Source: Octopus sinensis
Lineage: Eukaryota
Assembly (NCBI RefSeq): GCF_006345805.1
Contig: NW_021835946.1
Coordinates: 1-37,906 of the forward strand
Length of the DNA stretch: 37,906 bases
Reading direction: 5' to 3'
The translations under genes were made by a program, and so were the position numbers. Positions 11,696 through 22,452 of this stretch are shown one piece after another. Every line of letters begins with the position of its first letter. Position 1 is the stretch's first letter. The notes under the pieces were generated by a model. That model was not told where the DNA came from, ran no database searches, and was given only the letters and a program-made list of their open reading frames with translations.

Positions 11696-11836
11696 CCACG
11701 CCTGGCACCCGTTCCGTCTCTTCGCCTTCTTTCTCTTCTTCTTTATTCTTCCTTTTAGCCTTTTGTTTTGATAGCTATTTTTAATGTGGAGGGAGTTTCC
11801 TTGACCTAAATAAAAGTGACACCATTGCAGCCTCAC

Positions 11837-11958
11837 TAGTAGTAGTAGTAATAGTAGTAATAGTAGTAATAGTAGTAGTCGTAGTAGTCGTAGTAGTAGT
11901 AATAGTAGTAGTCGTAGTAGTAGTAGTAGTTGTTGTAGTAGTAGTAGTAGTAGTAGTA

Positions 11959-11993
<35 letters not shown>

Positions 11994-12402
11994 TGATGTT
12001 TTGGTTGTAAATTTTTAGGGGGTTTTGTCGGTTTTTGTAGTTGTTGTTCTTGATGCTGCTGCTGCAGTTGTTGCTGTTGTTGTTGTTGTTGTTGTTGTTG
12101 CTGCTGCTGCTGTTATGTGACATGTTGCAGTATTTTTTTTTGTTGTTATTGCTGTTGTTGTTATTGCTGTTGTTGCTTTTGCCGCTGTTGTTATTGTTAT
12201 TGTTGTTGTTGTTGTACTGGAATGATATGGCGGTCGCTGCAGGAGACGTTGTTATGGTAACACTATTGCTACTGCTGCTACTACTATTGCTGCTGTTGTT
12301 ATTGTTATTATTGCGGCTGTCACTATTGTCGCCGTCACCGTCGCCGCCCTCAACGTGGTCGTCGCTGATGTTATTGTTGTGGTTGTTGTTGTTGTTGTTG
12401 TT
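11837..12402. repeat. (TAG)n then (TTG/CTG/TTA) cryptic triplet array
   Basis: Directly visible; same class as 7622-10770 on the opposite strand. Confidence 0.9.
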
Positions 12403-12668
12403 ATGCTCCAAATCAGCCCTGACTGAGCAGACGCCTATGACACGTCGAAAAATGTCCAAAGCGCATATTACTCCTAGACGCCATCTGCATGAAAAGGTTA
12501 CAGTTAAGTAAGTGCTAACATTCATTGGATGCAACATCTATCAAACAGCAATAAAGCAACAATGCGATAAGGAAAAACACAAAGCGAAAACGTTGCTCGT
12601 TAATTATATGTATTTTGATAACGTTAATGATGCAGCGTGGAAAGTGGTTTATAAGCCATTTTAAAAAA

Positions 12669-12728
<60 letters not shown>

Positions 12729-12933
12729 ACAAAAGAACGTTAGATTCATTTCAACATTTAAATTTAATTTGTCAAAATATTTTCGTCGCTTGGAAACCGC
12801 GACCTGTTCACTGATAAAATTTTGTGCTACGTATGTATATGAAGATTGAAGGCTTCGAATGTCCCGTCCGTGTTTTTTGTATCGTCTTCTAAATGATTTG
12901 CGTTCTTGTCCCGGTTTGTATTTGTTTATTTAC

Positions 12934-12964
<31 letters not shown>

Positions 12965-13120
12965 ATAAAATAATAAAAATGGTAAATAATTTTTCAGTGG
13001 TTTTTCATATAACCAACAATTATTTACCGGTAAAATTCCGGTATGTAAATATGACAAATTCATCGTCAGGAACTTCTGGAAAGTTCAGTAACTTCTGGAA
13101 AGTTCTGGACTGGAACTTTC

Positions 13121-13124
<4 letters not shown>
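12965..13124 (-). mobile_element. Short (TA)n-flanked segment, possibly a Penelope-type terminal fragment
   Basis: Minus strand has ctgacga...ggaattttaccg|gtaaat and shares aattttaccggt with the 19119-19246 element. Contains a duplicated aacttctggaaagttc. Confidence 0.35.
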
Positions 13125-13178
<54 letters not shown>

Positions 13179-13182
13179 CACA

Positions 13183-13320
13183 CAGGGTGGACCAAAATGA
13201 TCTGACACATTTGGACAAAATAAGAAATAATGAAAAGAAAAATTTTATTTTCTGAATATACATATAATGCAATTTTATTTCATTAAGTTTTTAAAAATTA
13301 AATCAGCTAAATGCTTCCCA
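13183..13320. mobile_element. Possible Tc1/mariner MITE end
   Basis: Begins cagggtggaccaaaa, resembling Tc1/mariner termini, followed by AT-rich sequence. No second end. Confidence 0.3.
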
Positions 13321-13339
13321 TCATTGTAAACACACTGTT

Positions 13340-13424
13340 TCAAGAACACAGCCCGGTCCGGGAATCGAGCGCACGACTTCATGACTGTGAGCCCGATGCT
13401 GTAATCACTGAGCCACGGGCTTTC
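13340..13424 (-). mobile_element. SINE family C/D tRNA-like head fragment
   Basis: Reverse complement gcccgtggctcagtg...gggctcacagtc...tcgattcccggaccg matches the heads at 20552 and 26147. Confidence 0.65.
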
Positions 13425-13464
13425 GCAACTAATTTCTGAATTAGATGTAATAATATTGATCGTA

Positions 13465-13584
13465 TACTCTTTTACTCTTTTACTTGTTTCAGTCATTTGA
13501 CTGTGGCCATGATGGAGCACCGCCTTTAGTCGAGCAAATCGACCCTGGGACTTATTCTTTGTAAGCCTAGTACTTATTCTATCG
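13465..13584 (-). mobile_element. SINE family A 3' fragment
   Basis: Near-identical to the 3' ~120 bp of other A copies. Confidence 0.9.
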
Positions 13585-14034
13585 TTGCTGCGGTTCCTTC
13601 ATCTGTAGAAATTAGTTACGACGTCGCTGGTGCCAAACTGTATAGGCCTTTGTTTTTTCCTTGGATAACATAGGTGGCGTGCAGAGGGGAGGTGGTATGC
13701 ATAAGCGGCTGCTGGTCTTCTATGAACAACCTTACCCGAACTTGTGCCTCGGAGAGTAACTCACTGGGTGCAACCCCATTGTCATTCATGACCGAAGAGG
13801 TCTAAAATTCTGAAAGTATGTTCCCATCAGCAAAGTCAAAGATCCTATCATACTGGCAATAAAGTAAAGAAAGAATCTGTTAGGAAATAAATGTAAAAGA
13901 AATATAAATTCTCGCAAGTGTCCTCGCCAGGCAAGTCATTTGATCTGCAACTGTGTGCTGAACCTGAAACAATTACACGCATTTTCAGTATATCCCTAGC
14001 TGGCAGATGAGTCGCTGCTATATCTAGCCGCCGA

Positions 14035-14160
14035 GCGTCCATCACTGATGAGACCAAAGGAGGTCGAAATTATGTGATCTGGTGGTCTCAGCGCTGGTGA
14101 TGGTGGGAGATTTATCTCCCTGCTGGCAATAGGAACAAACGACCATGCATTTAGCACCAA
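14035..14160 (+). mobile_element. Possible ancient CR1-like APE endonuclease remnant
   Basis: Across frameshifts reads ITDETKGGRN/CDLVVS...IGTNDHAF, resembling the PTRGxNxLDLV...LGxSDH motifs. Confidence 0.25.
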
Positions 14161-14476
14161 ATGCGAATGAGAGTTGTGTTCATAGTATCTACTACAGTAT
14201 AGCTTGTTCTAGCAGAGCATCCCAGTTTAAGTGAGACTAAATATTATCTATCGGTAGTAATTACTGCCTCTGTCGCTAATATACACTTTTTAAAACAGTT
14301 ACAGTGTGGAAGACACATATTAGCTATTCAAATACATGCGAAGCACTGTTAACTTCACTTAAACATTTATTACATAGGTGACTGACATAGCGGTGGAATT
14401 GCGTCAGTGACCAAGTCGACCTTGGTATGATGAAAATAATTGCATCATCCATGCTCTCAACAATACGCCCTTAAAT

Positions 14477-15026
14477 ATGGTTTCAGATTACAAATATCTT
14501 GGGTCATACATATCATCATCTGGAAAAGATTTTCTAACTAGAAAGGGTATAGCCTGGTCAGCCTGTAATGATATGCATAAGATCTGGTCATCAAATCTAA
14601 GTAGAGACTTCAAACTTATGGCTCAGAAACCTGGATGTTATCAATTAAGCTTGAGAGGCGTTTGGATGGAACCTACACTCGTCTCTTTATGAGAGCTCAA
14701 AATCTTTCGTGGAAGCGTCATTCAACCAAAATGCAAATACATGGGAAACTACCACCTGTGTCATCTCTTGTGAAAGGTAGGAGAGTCCAGTTTGCTGGAC
14801 ATTGTTGTAGAGCTGAAAACGAGGCAATTTCTACTCTTCTCCTCTGGAACCCATCTACTCGCGATACTAGAGGGCGCACACTCTCCTACCCCGATGTAAT
14901 CTCCAGGGATACAGGCATCCAGCAACAGGACCTCCGTAATGCTATGATGGACCGTGAAGTCTGGCGTAGCATAGTAAATTGCATTGTCTTGACCACGGTC
15001 GAACAATGATTATGATGATGATGATG
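14477..15026 (+). mobile_element. 5'-truncated RTE-clade LINE (family 1) with internal deletion
   Basis: YKYLGSYI...AWSACNDMHKIW...DFKL, then a frameshifting deletion, then YGSETW...KLERRLDGTYTRL...RGRTLSYPDVI. (ATG)n tail. Confidence 0.9.
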
Positions 15027-15552
15027 AAAATTAACTTTAAATAATTAATTCTGATCAAAAATACACGGGAGACAACTTTGATATCTACCCTTTAAAAAAC
15101 TGAAGCGGAGCACGGAGTAATACTCTTTATCTGTTGTATGCATCTGTTGTTGTTCCTTCTTTTTCCTCACAACTGTCTGTCATTTCAGCATCTGTTTCGT
15201 ATTTGTTCATTCCTTTGAAAACAGAGAGAACAATTTGTTGTTTTGTCCGTATTTTGTAGCTGTTTGTATAAGTTTCCCCCTTATTCATTATTAGTTATTT
15301 TTATAGACCTACAGTGGATATTTTATAATAGTTTCCTAGTTACTTAACACCCCCTACTCCCTTGCACTTACCCCTTTAGTAAATATGATCTTTCTATCTC
15401 CCATATATACTGGTGTATGCGAAAATGAGGTCATTATTTTTCTTGTGTTTTTTCTCGTCTAGTCTTGCGAGTTCGGTTAAGCTTCGACTTCAGAATATAA
15501 TAACAGTAACTTATTTTTAGGACATTCATTGTAATGATGCCAATTACTTCAT

Positions 15553-15561
15553 TTATTATTA

Positions 15562-15631
<70 letters not shown>

Positions 15632-15682
15632 CATTATTATTATTATTTTTGTTATTATTATTATTATCATTATTATTATTTT
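15553..15682. repeat. (ATT)n microsatellite
   Basis: Directly visible. Confidence 0.95.
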
Positions 15683-15737
15683 AACTCTGTTCTGAGTACT
15701 GATATAATGTAGGTCCAATATTGCCTGTAACTAAGTT

Positions 15738-15951
15738 AGCGTGCTGGCAGAGTCGTTTCCGCGCTGGAAAATATGCTTAGTTGCATTTCTTTCGACTTTA
15801 CGTTCAGAGTTCAAATTCCACCGAGGTCGACTTTGCCTTTCATCCTTTCGGGGTTGATAAATTTGCGCACTGAGGTCAATCTAACCGACTGGCCCCGCCC
15901 CCAAAATTTCAGGCCTTGTGCTGGCCTTGTACCAAAATTTGAAATCAATTT
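15738..15951 (+). mobile_element. SINE family B monomer (old)
   Basis: gagttcaaattcc B-box, gtcgactttgcctttcatcctttcgggg central domain and ggccttgt...aaaatttgaaatcaat end. Confidence 0.8.
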
Positions 15952-15964
15952 CTAATTACTTAGA

Positions 15965-16247
15965 AGTTTCCCTACCAGGCCCAGTCTTTGGTTCAGTGAT
16001 GTCGTTTGTGTGCCTCAGTGACTCTGAGTGCTGTGCCAGAGGAGCGCAAAATCCCGCCAGATTTCCCCATGCCGCTCAACTCAAAGGATAGAGGCCAGAC
16101 TAATATGGATCACCTCTACCCAAGGATAAGGAGTAAAGTTATTAAAGCAATGATAACATTTCAGAACTCCGGGAGTGGAAGACCTTCCCAGGGTCGATAA
16201 CAGTCGTCGATGGCCTATGCCCATAGGGATAGAAGCGCTTAAGAACG
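15965..16247 (+). mobile_element. Unclassified retroposon fragment with RTE-like 3' terminus
   Basis: Ends gatggcctatgcccatagggatagaagcgcttaag, similar in layout to the 3' end of the RTE at 37302 (minus). The rest is unassigned. Confidence 0.3.
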
Positions 16248-16301
16248 TACTTGGAATTCTGTGCTAGTTAAATCTTCTTTTATATCATTTCATTTTCTTT
16301 T

Positions 16302-16663
16302 AGGAGTGGCTGTGTGGTAAGTAGCTTACTTACGAACCACATGGTTCTGAGATCAGTCCCACTGCGTGGCCACATAGGCAAGTGTCTTCTACTATAGCCT
16401 CGGGCTAACCAAAGCCTTGTGAGTGGATTTGGTGGACGGAAACTGAAAGAAGCCCATTGTATATATGTATATATATATGTGTGTATGTGTGTGTGTATAT
16501 GTTTGTGCGTCTGTGTTTGTCTCCCCAACAGCGTTTGATACCGATGCAGGTGTGTTTATGTCCCCGTAAGTCTTGGGGTCGATTTGCTCGACAAAAGGCG
16601 GTGCTCCAGCATGGCCACAGTCAAATGACTGAAATAAATAAAAGAGTAAAAGCGTAAAAGAGT
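16302..16663 (+). mobile_element. SINE family A with internal deletion
   Basis: Aligns to 869-1270; lacks about 55 bp of the 3' half. Confidence 0.9.
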
Positions 16664-16910
16664 AGAATACTTAATTAAGATTCTTTTTCAAATTTACTTC
16701 GCTTTGGCACATTTCTTATCCGTATTTCTTATTCTTAGGAAAGCTAATGTTCTGCTGCTTATCACAGCATTTTTTTTTTCATTATCATTTAGCTTTGTAA
16801 TAATGTAATACGTATGTAATTAACACTTCTTAACCTTTTCCTTCACTTACGTGTTTTGTAATTTTTTGTAATCAGACTAGTTTATTAACTTCTTAATACT
16901 TGTATCTCTG

Positions 16911-17488
16911 CGAGCTGGCAGAATCGTTAGCACGGCAGGCGAAATGCTAAGCGGTATTTCGTCCGCCGTTACGTTCTGAATTCAAATTCCGCCGAGGTCG
17001 ACTTTGCCTTTCATCCTTTCGGGGTCGATAAATTAAGTACCAGTTACGCACTGGGGTCGATGTAATCGACTTAATCCGTTTGTCTGTCCTTGTTTGTCCT
17101 CTCTGTGTTTAGCCCCTTGTGGGTAGTAAAGAAATAGGTATTTCGTCTGCCGCTACGTTCTGAGTTCAAATTCCGCCGAGGTCAACTTTACCTTTCATCC
17201 TTTCGGGGTCCATTAAATAAGTACCAGATGAGTACTGGGGTCGATGTAATCGACTTAATCCTTTTGTCTATCCTTGTTTGTCCTCTTTGTGTTTAGCCCC
17301 TTGTGGGTAGTAAAGAAATCGGTATTTCGTCTCTCTTTACGTTCTGAGTTCAAATTCCACCGACGTCGACTTTGCTTTTCATCCTTTCGGGGTCGATAAA
17401 TTAAGTACCAATTGCGTACTTGACTCGATCTAATCGACAGGACCCCCCTCCCCCCAAAATTTCAGGCCTTGTGCCTAGAGTAGAAAAG
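16911..17488 (+). mobile_element. SINE family B trimer with 16-bp target-site duplication
   Basis: Head plus units starting at 16954, 17138 and 17322 (184-bp period). aatacttgtatctctg at both 16895-16910 and 17489-17504. Confidence 0.92.
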
Positions 17489-18215
17489 AATACTTGTATC
17501 TCTGTGTTAGTCTAATTCTCTTATCTCTATTAAATATTTTTCTTTTATCTGTTTTTGTTTCTTTTTTGCAATTCTAGAATATTATTAGGTTTCTTGACTT
17601 TTCTCTTCACGTTTGCTTCGCCTTGGCACAGTTTCTTAATCAGAACCTTTTATTTTTACGACTCTCAGCATATATTTTATCACCATAAGTTCTTATTATT
17701 TAACTCTGTTACAATATTGTTTCATATTACTCTCTAAACTTTTCCATAGCTCATTAATACCACTAAGTAATTTTACATCTGTGTTGCACTAATTCTCTTA
17801 TCTTTATCTTACATTTTTGATCGAGAATTTTATTAGCGTTCTTAATTAAGATTTCTCTTTAAATTTTCTGTCTTGGCACCATTTTCTAATCCAATTCTCG
17901 TATCAATTCATCTAGTAAATCCGCTTACTGTCTGCAGTAGTAATTTTAACAGAGAATCATTGAAGTGTACAACTCAAGGTCGTTCACATTCAAATTTCTT
18001 TGATTATTCTCCCCTACATTTGTATCGGAGTCACGTCTAGATCAAGATGCCCGTTAAAGCTCCTAGTGCGCGACGGAATACGAGTTGTATTAGGGAATAT
18101 ACTCCTTCCATACAATACAAATAGGAGTTACTCTTTTATAATTCTCTCTTTTGTCTATGTCTGCCAAATTGCTTGCTATTTTCGCATAGAGTGCTTAATA
18201 TACTATGCCCAGCAC

Positions 18216-18827
18216 AAGACGATGAGATGGCAGAAACGTTAGCACGCTGGGCGAAATGCTTAGTGGTATTTCGTCTGCCGCTACGTTCTGAGTTCAAATT
18301 CCGCCGAGGTCAACTTTGCCTTTCATCCTTTCGGGGTCGATAAGTTAAGTACCAGTTACGCACTGGGGTCGATGTAATCGATTTAATCCGTTTGTCTGTC
18401 CTTGTTTGTCCTCTCTGTGTTTAGCCCCTTGTGGGCAATAAAGAAATAAGAAACGTTAGCACGCTGGGCGAAATGCTTTGCGGTATTTCGTTTGCCGTTA
18501 CATTGTGAGTTCAAATTCCGCCGAGGTCGACTTTGCCTTTCATCCTTTAGTAACTAGCATTCTGTCAGTACCAGTTACGCACTGGGATCGATCTAATCGA
18601 CTTAATCCGTTTGTCTGTCCTTGTTTGTCCCCTCTGTGTGTAGCCCCTTGTGGGCAGTAAAGAAATAAGTGTCGTAAGCACGACGGGAAAAATGTTTAGC
18701 AGCGCATTTCGTCTGCCTTTAATTCAGAGTTTAAATTCCATCTGAGTCGATAAAATTGGTACTATTTGGACACTGGGGTCAATTTACACCTCGTCCAAAA
18801 TTACTAGCTCTCTTCCAAACATTGAAA
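18216..18827 (+). mobile_element. SINE family B array (three units, last one diverged)
   Basis: Units about 217-219 bp apart, joined as tail aaagaaataag + acgttagcacg head segment. Confidence 0.88.
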
Positions 18828-19118
18828 AGAAAATACTTGCTCAGCTCATCACTGACGATCTAAGAACCTCATGTGAGGAATTCATTCAATCTCTTAATAA
18901 ATCTTACAATAGATCCACCCCATGCTCAAGCTCTTCTTAATCTTATGTATATATTTGTTAATCCGTGCCGTTCTCAGAACCTTCTTATTCTAACTACATA
19001 AACTTTGCTGATCAAGCGTTAAAATTTACAGTGATATCAACCTTCACTGTATCCCCTTTTCTCTTCTGTAAAACAGATCACGCTCCTTTTTTCTCTCTTT
19101 TCTGATGTTTTGTCTGTT

Positions 19119-19246
19119 GTGTCTGGGGAGAATCATTTTTTTTGTGTGCCTTATAATTTAACACACTCACCGGTAAAATTTCCACTCATTTCTTATTTTT
19201 ATTTTCCAAAAATTTTCGTTGCATCTTGCAACCTTTTCAATAGTCA
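19119..19246 (-). mobile_element. 128-bp Penelope-type mini-element: hammerhead-like motif plus mini-intron
   Basis: Flanked by tgatgttttgtctgtt at 19103-19118 and 19247-19262. Minus strand reads cta-TTGAAAA-g-gttgca-aga-tgcaac-GAAA-attttt-gg, then ccg|GTGAGT...ttctccccAG. Confidence 0.55.
19206..19243 (-). ncRNA. Minimal type I hammerhead ribozyme-like motif (U3-A8 core variant)
   Basis: Core UUGAAAA plus one extra nucleotide, perfect 6-bp stem II, GAAA, palindromic AAAAUUUU in place of stem III, 3-bp stem I (cta/tgg). Confidence 0.5.
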
Positions 19247-19269
19247 TGATGTTTTGTCTGTTATCTTTT

Positions 19270-19570
19270 AAGTTTTTCAGTCAGTAGGTTGCGGTCACGC
19301 TGGAGCAGCGCCTTGAAGGGTTTAGTCGAACTCATCGGCCCCATTACTTGATTTTCAACGTTTGGTACTTATTCTGTTGACCCCCTTCTGTGGAACCTCT
19401 ACGTTATGCAGAGATAAACAAATTAACAACGGTTGACCAGCACTGGAGGATGGACAACACACACACACGCACGCACACACACACACACACCACACACACA
19501 CACACACACATACACACACACACACGCACACACACACACACATACACACACACACACGTCCATACACACA
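19270..19570 (-). mobile_element. Old SINE family A-related 3' half with (CA)n tract
   Basis: gcggtcacgctggagcagcgcc...gtacttattct...acaacggttgac resembles the reverse complement of the A tail. Confidence 0.6.
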
Positions 19571-19576
19571 GATATA

Positions 19577-19760
19577 TAGAGGAGGTATGCTGAAAAGTTC
19601 TTGGCTTAAAAGAAAATACAGGCGGATCAATTAATTATGATTTTATTCATTATGTTCCTCTCTTAGATTCTCCCGCTAACAGCATCGGTCCTTCAGTTTT
19701 TCGAAGACCTGTAAAAGAACTCGGAAGTTTGGGCCTCTAACCAAGTCTTTCCCGATATCC
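19577..19760. mobile_element. Mariner-type MITE end
   Basis: gaggaggtatgctgaaaagttcttggctt resembles mariner GAGGGnnnnCTGAAAAGT termini. Confidence 0.4.
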
Positions 19761-19935
19761 TTGTAAAACCCTTACCTAAAATTGCTAGCTTTGTGTCGAA
19801 ATTTGAACCATTTGTGTCGTCGTTGTCATCATCATCATTATCAGCATCATCATCATAATCACTATTAAAATTGGTGGATTTGGCAGCAGAATAGAGCGTC
19901 GCGCAAAATGCTTTTTGCGATATTCTTTCCGGCTT

Positions 19936-20328
19936 TACTCTTTTACTCTTTTACTTGTTTCAGTCATTTGACTGCGGCCATGCTGGAGCACCGCCTTTAG
20001 TCGAGCAAATCGACCACAGGACTTATTCTTTTAAGCCAAGTAATAATTCTATCAGTCTCTTTTACCGAACCACTAGGTGACGGGGATGTAAACACACCAG
20101 CATCGGTTGTCAAGAGATGTTGGATGGACAAACACAGACACACATACATATATATGTATATACATATATACGACGGGCTTCTTTCAGTTTCCATCTACCA
20201 AATCCACTCATAAGGCTTTAGTTGGCCCGAGGCTATAGTAGAAGACACTTGCCCAAGGTGCCACGCAGCGGGACTGAACCCAGAACCATGTGGTTGGTAA
20301 GCAAACTACTTACCACACAACCGCTCTT
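19936..20328 (-). mobile_element. SINE family A nested in an old family B monomer
   Basis: Full A copy. The left flank (caaaatgc...tccggctttac) and right flank (ctgggttcaaatcc...ctggccttgtgtct) join into a B-type monomer. Confidence 0.85.
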
Positions 20329-20551
20329 CCTGGGTTCAAATCCTGGCCAAGTCCATCCTTGTCCTTCATCACCTTGGAATTGACGTAATAAAGTACTAAT
20401 CAAATATTGGCGTCAATATAATCAATCAACTCCAACCCATTGATATTGCTGGCCTTGTGTCTAAATCAAAAATTATTATGATCCTTTATATTGTTATTAT
20501 TTTTATTGAATTTTTCCAGATGTTCGACGTTTATGTTGTAATATATATTAT

Positions 20552-20872
20552 GGTGAGGGCGCGTGGCTTAGTGGTTAGGGCATTCGGCTCATGATCGTAA
20601 GGTTGTGAGTTCGATTCCCAGCAACGCGTTGTGTCCTTGAGCAAGACACTTTATTTCACGTTGCTCCAGTCCACTCAGCTGGCAAAAATGAGTTGTACTT
20701 GTATTTCAAAGGGTCAGCCTTGTCACTCTCTGTGTCACGCTGATTATCCCCGAGAACTACGTTAAGGGTACACGTGTCTGTGGAATGCTCAGCCATTTGC
20801 ACGTTAATTTCACGAGCAAGCTGTTCCGTTGATTGTATCAGCTGGGACCCTCGTCGTCGTAACCGGCGGAGT
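20552..20872 (+). mobile_element. SINE family C, full length
   Basis: tRNA-like head (gcgtggcttagtggttag...gagttcgattccc), gtgtccttgagcaagacactt core and a tail shared with 26600-26774. Confidence 0.85.
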
Positions 20873-21019
20873 AAAAGGAATATATATTATATTTGTTTGT
20901 TTTTTTTACTTTTCATCTTCGACTTGTCTCAGGCATTGGTCTGCGGCCATGCTAGGGCACCACCTTGAAGAGTTTTAGTATTTATTATTATTTTTTTTTA
21001 AGTCAGATACTTACTGCCC

Positions 21020-21787
21020 CTGTCTTTATTACAACTACTCACTACAACAACGACAACTACTACCATCACAATCAGTACCACCACCACTACCACCACTATT
21101 ACTACTACCACTACTACTACTACCATCACCATCAGTACCTACCGTCACTATTATTACAACTATCACCACAACTTCTGCCACCACAACCAAGGCCACATCC
21201 CAATCACTACCATCACCACTACTACTACCACTACCACTACACTACTACTACTACTACTACTACTACTACAACCACCTACTACTACAACCGCCTACTACTA
21301 CTACTACTACTACTACTAGTACTTCTGCTACTACTACCATCAGTAACCGCCACTATTTCTACCACCAATACAACAACTATCACAACTGCTGTCACCACAA
21401 TTACGACCACCTCCCAACTACCACAATCACTACCACCACCACTACCACCACCACCATACCACCATCATCAGCAAAACCAACACCAACACCGCTAATACCA
21501 CAACACCAACACTGCTAATACTACAATAATCACCACCACAACCATCACATCTACCACCACCATTGCTGCTGCTGCTACTCCTACTACTACAACCACTACA
21601 ACCATTGCCACCATCGCCAGCAAAACCAACAGCAACACCTTCAGTGCTACGACTGCTACCACCACTACCACCATTACCACCACCAACACCACCACTATTA
21701 CAACCACTATTACAATCACCACCACCATCATAACCATCATCACCAACACAAACATCACCATTGTTACAATTACTACTACTACTGCTG

Positions 21788-21853
<66 letters not shown>

Positions 21854-21866
21854 TCACCACTACCAC
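21020..21866. repeat. Cryptic ACC/ACT triplet array with pure (CTA)n runs
   Basis: Directly visible. Confidence 0.9.
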
Positions 21867-22247
21867 GTATCGTAATTCTTATCGTAATGTCTCGGAAGTG
21901 TCACACTGCACTAATATATTACCGTCTCTGTGTATATATACTACCTTCATTATTATTTGATAATTACTATTATAATTAGTGTTGATCAGTTACAGACGAG
22001 GTTGTTTTATACTCTGGGGGATTTATGTCTGAGATAATGAGATAATGAGGTATGTTTCAATACCTCCATGTAAATAAACACACCGTCTATACACATTTAA
22101 ACCTTAGTGGATGTGTATATAATTGTGTATATATGTGTGTGTTTTTATAAGCGCACAAACACTTGGGTTTATATGTAGATGTATGCATTCATAAATAGTT
22201 CTACATATGTGTGTCTGAATGTATTTATGTGCGTAAGAGTATGTGTG

Positions 22248-22290
<43 letters not shown>

Positions 22291-22291
22291 G

Positions 22292-22338
<47 letters not shown>

Positions 22339-22452
22339 TAGATAGATAGATAGATAGATAGATGAGAGGAGAGACATAGATAAATAGAGAAAAAGAGAGA
22401 AAGATATATGCATGTGTGAATAAAATATGCATATAATATATATATATATATA

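Noticed and set aside
12417-12513. Possible plus-strand exon (ALTEQTPMTRRK...) ending at gtaagt
   Set aside because: No real polypyrimidine tract, no recognisable protein, and an equally plausible acceptor lies on the opposite strand.
11836-12537. 233-aa poly-N/poly-Y ORF and the opposite poly-L ORF
   Set aside because: Translations of (TAG)n and (TTG)n tracts.
13586-13803. Possible additional SINE family 3' half
   Set aside because: Looks repeat-like, but there is only one copy in the window and no head, so it cannot be supported from the sequence alone.
16911-17488. Regularly spaced repeats superficially like a CRISPR array
   Set aside because: Units are 184-bp SINE segments with no unique spacers; eukaryotic context and no cas genes.
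18852-18890. ctgacga followed by a cctca/tgagg hairpin
   Set aside because: Wrong spacing and followed by gaat rather than GAAA; no stem I.
20552-20630. tRNA gene
   Set aside because: The tRNA-like head runs straight into SINE body with no acceptor-stem closure; the same holds for the other SINE heads.
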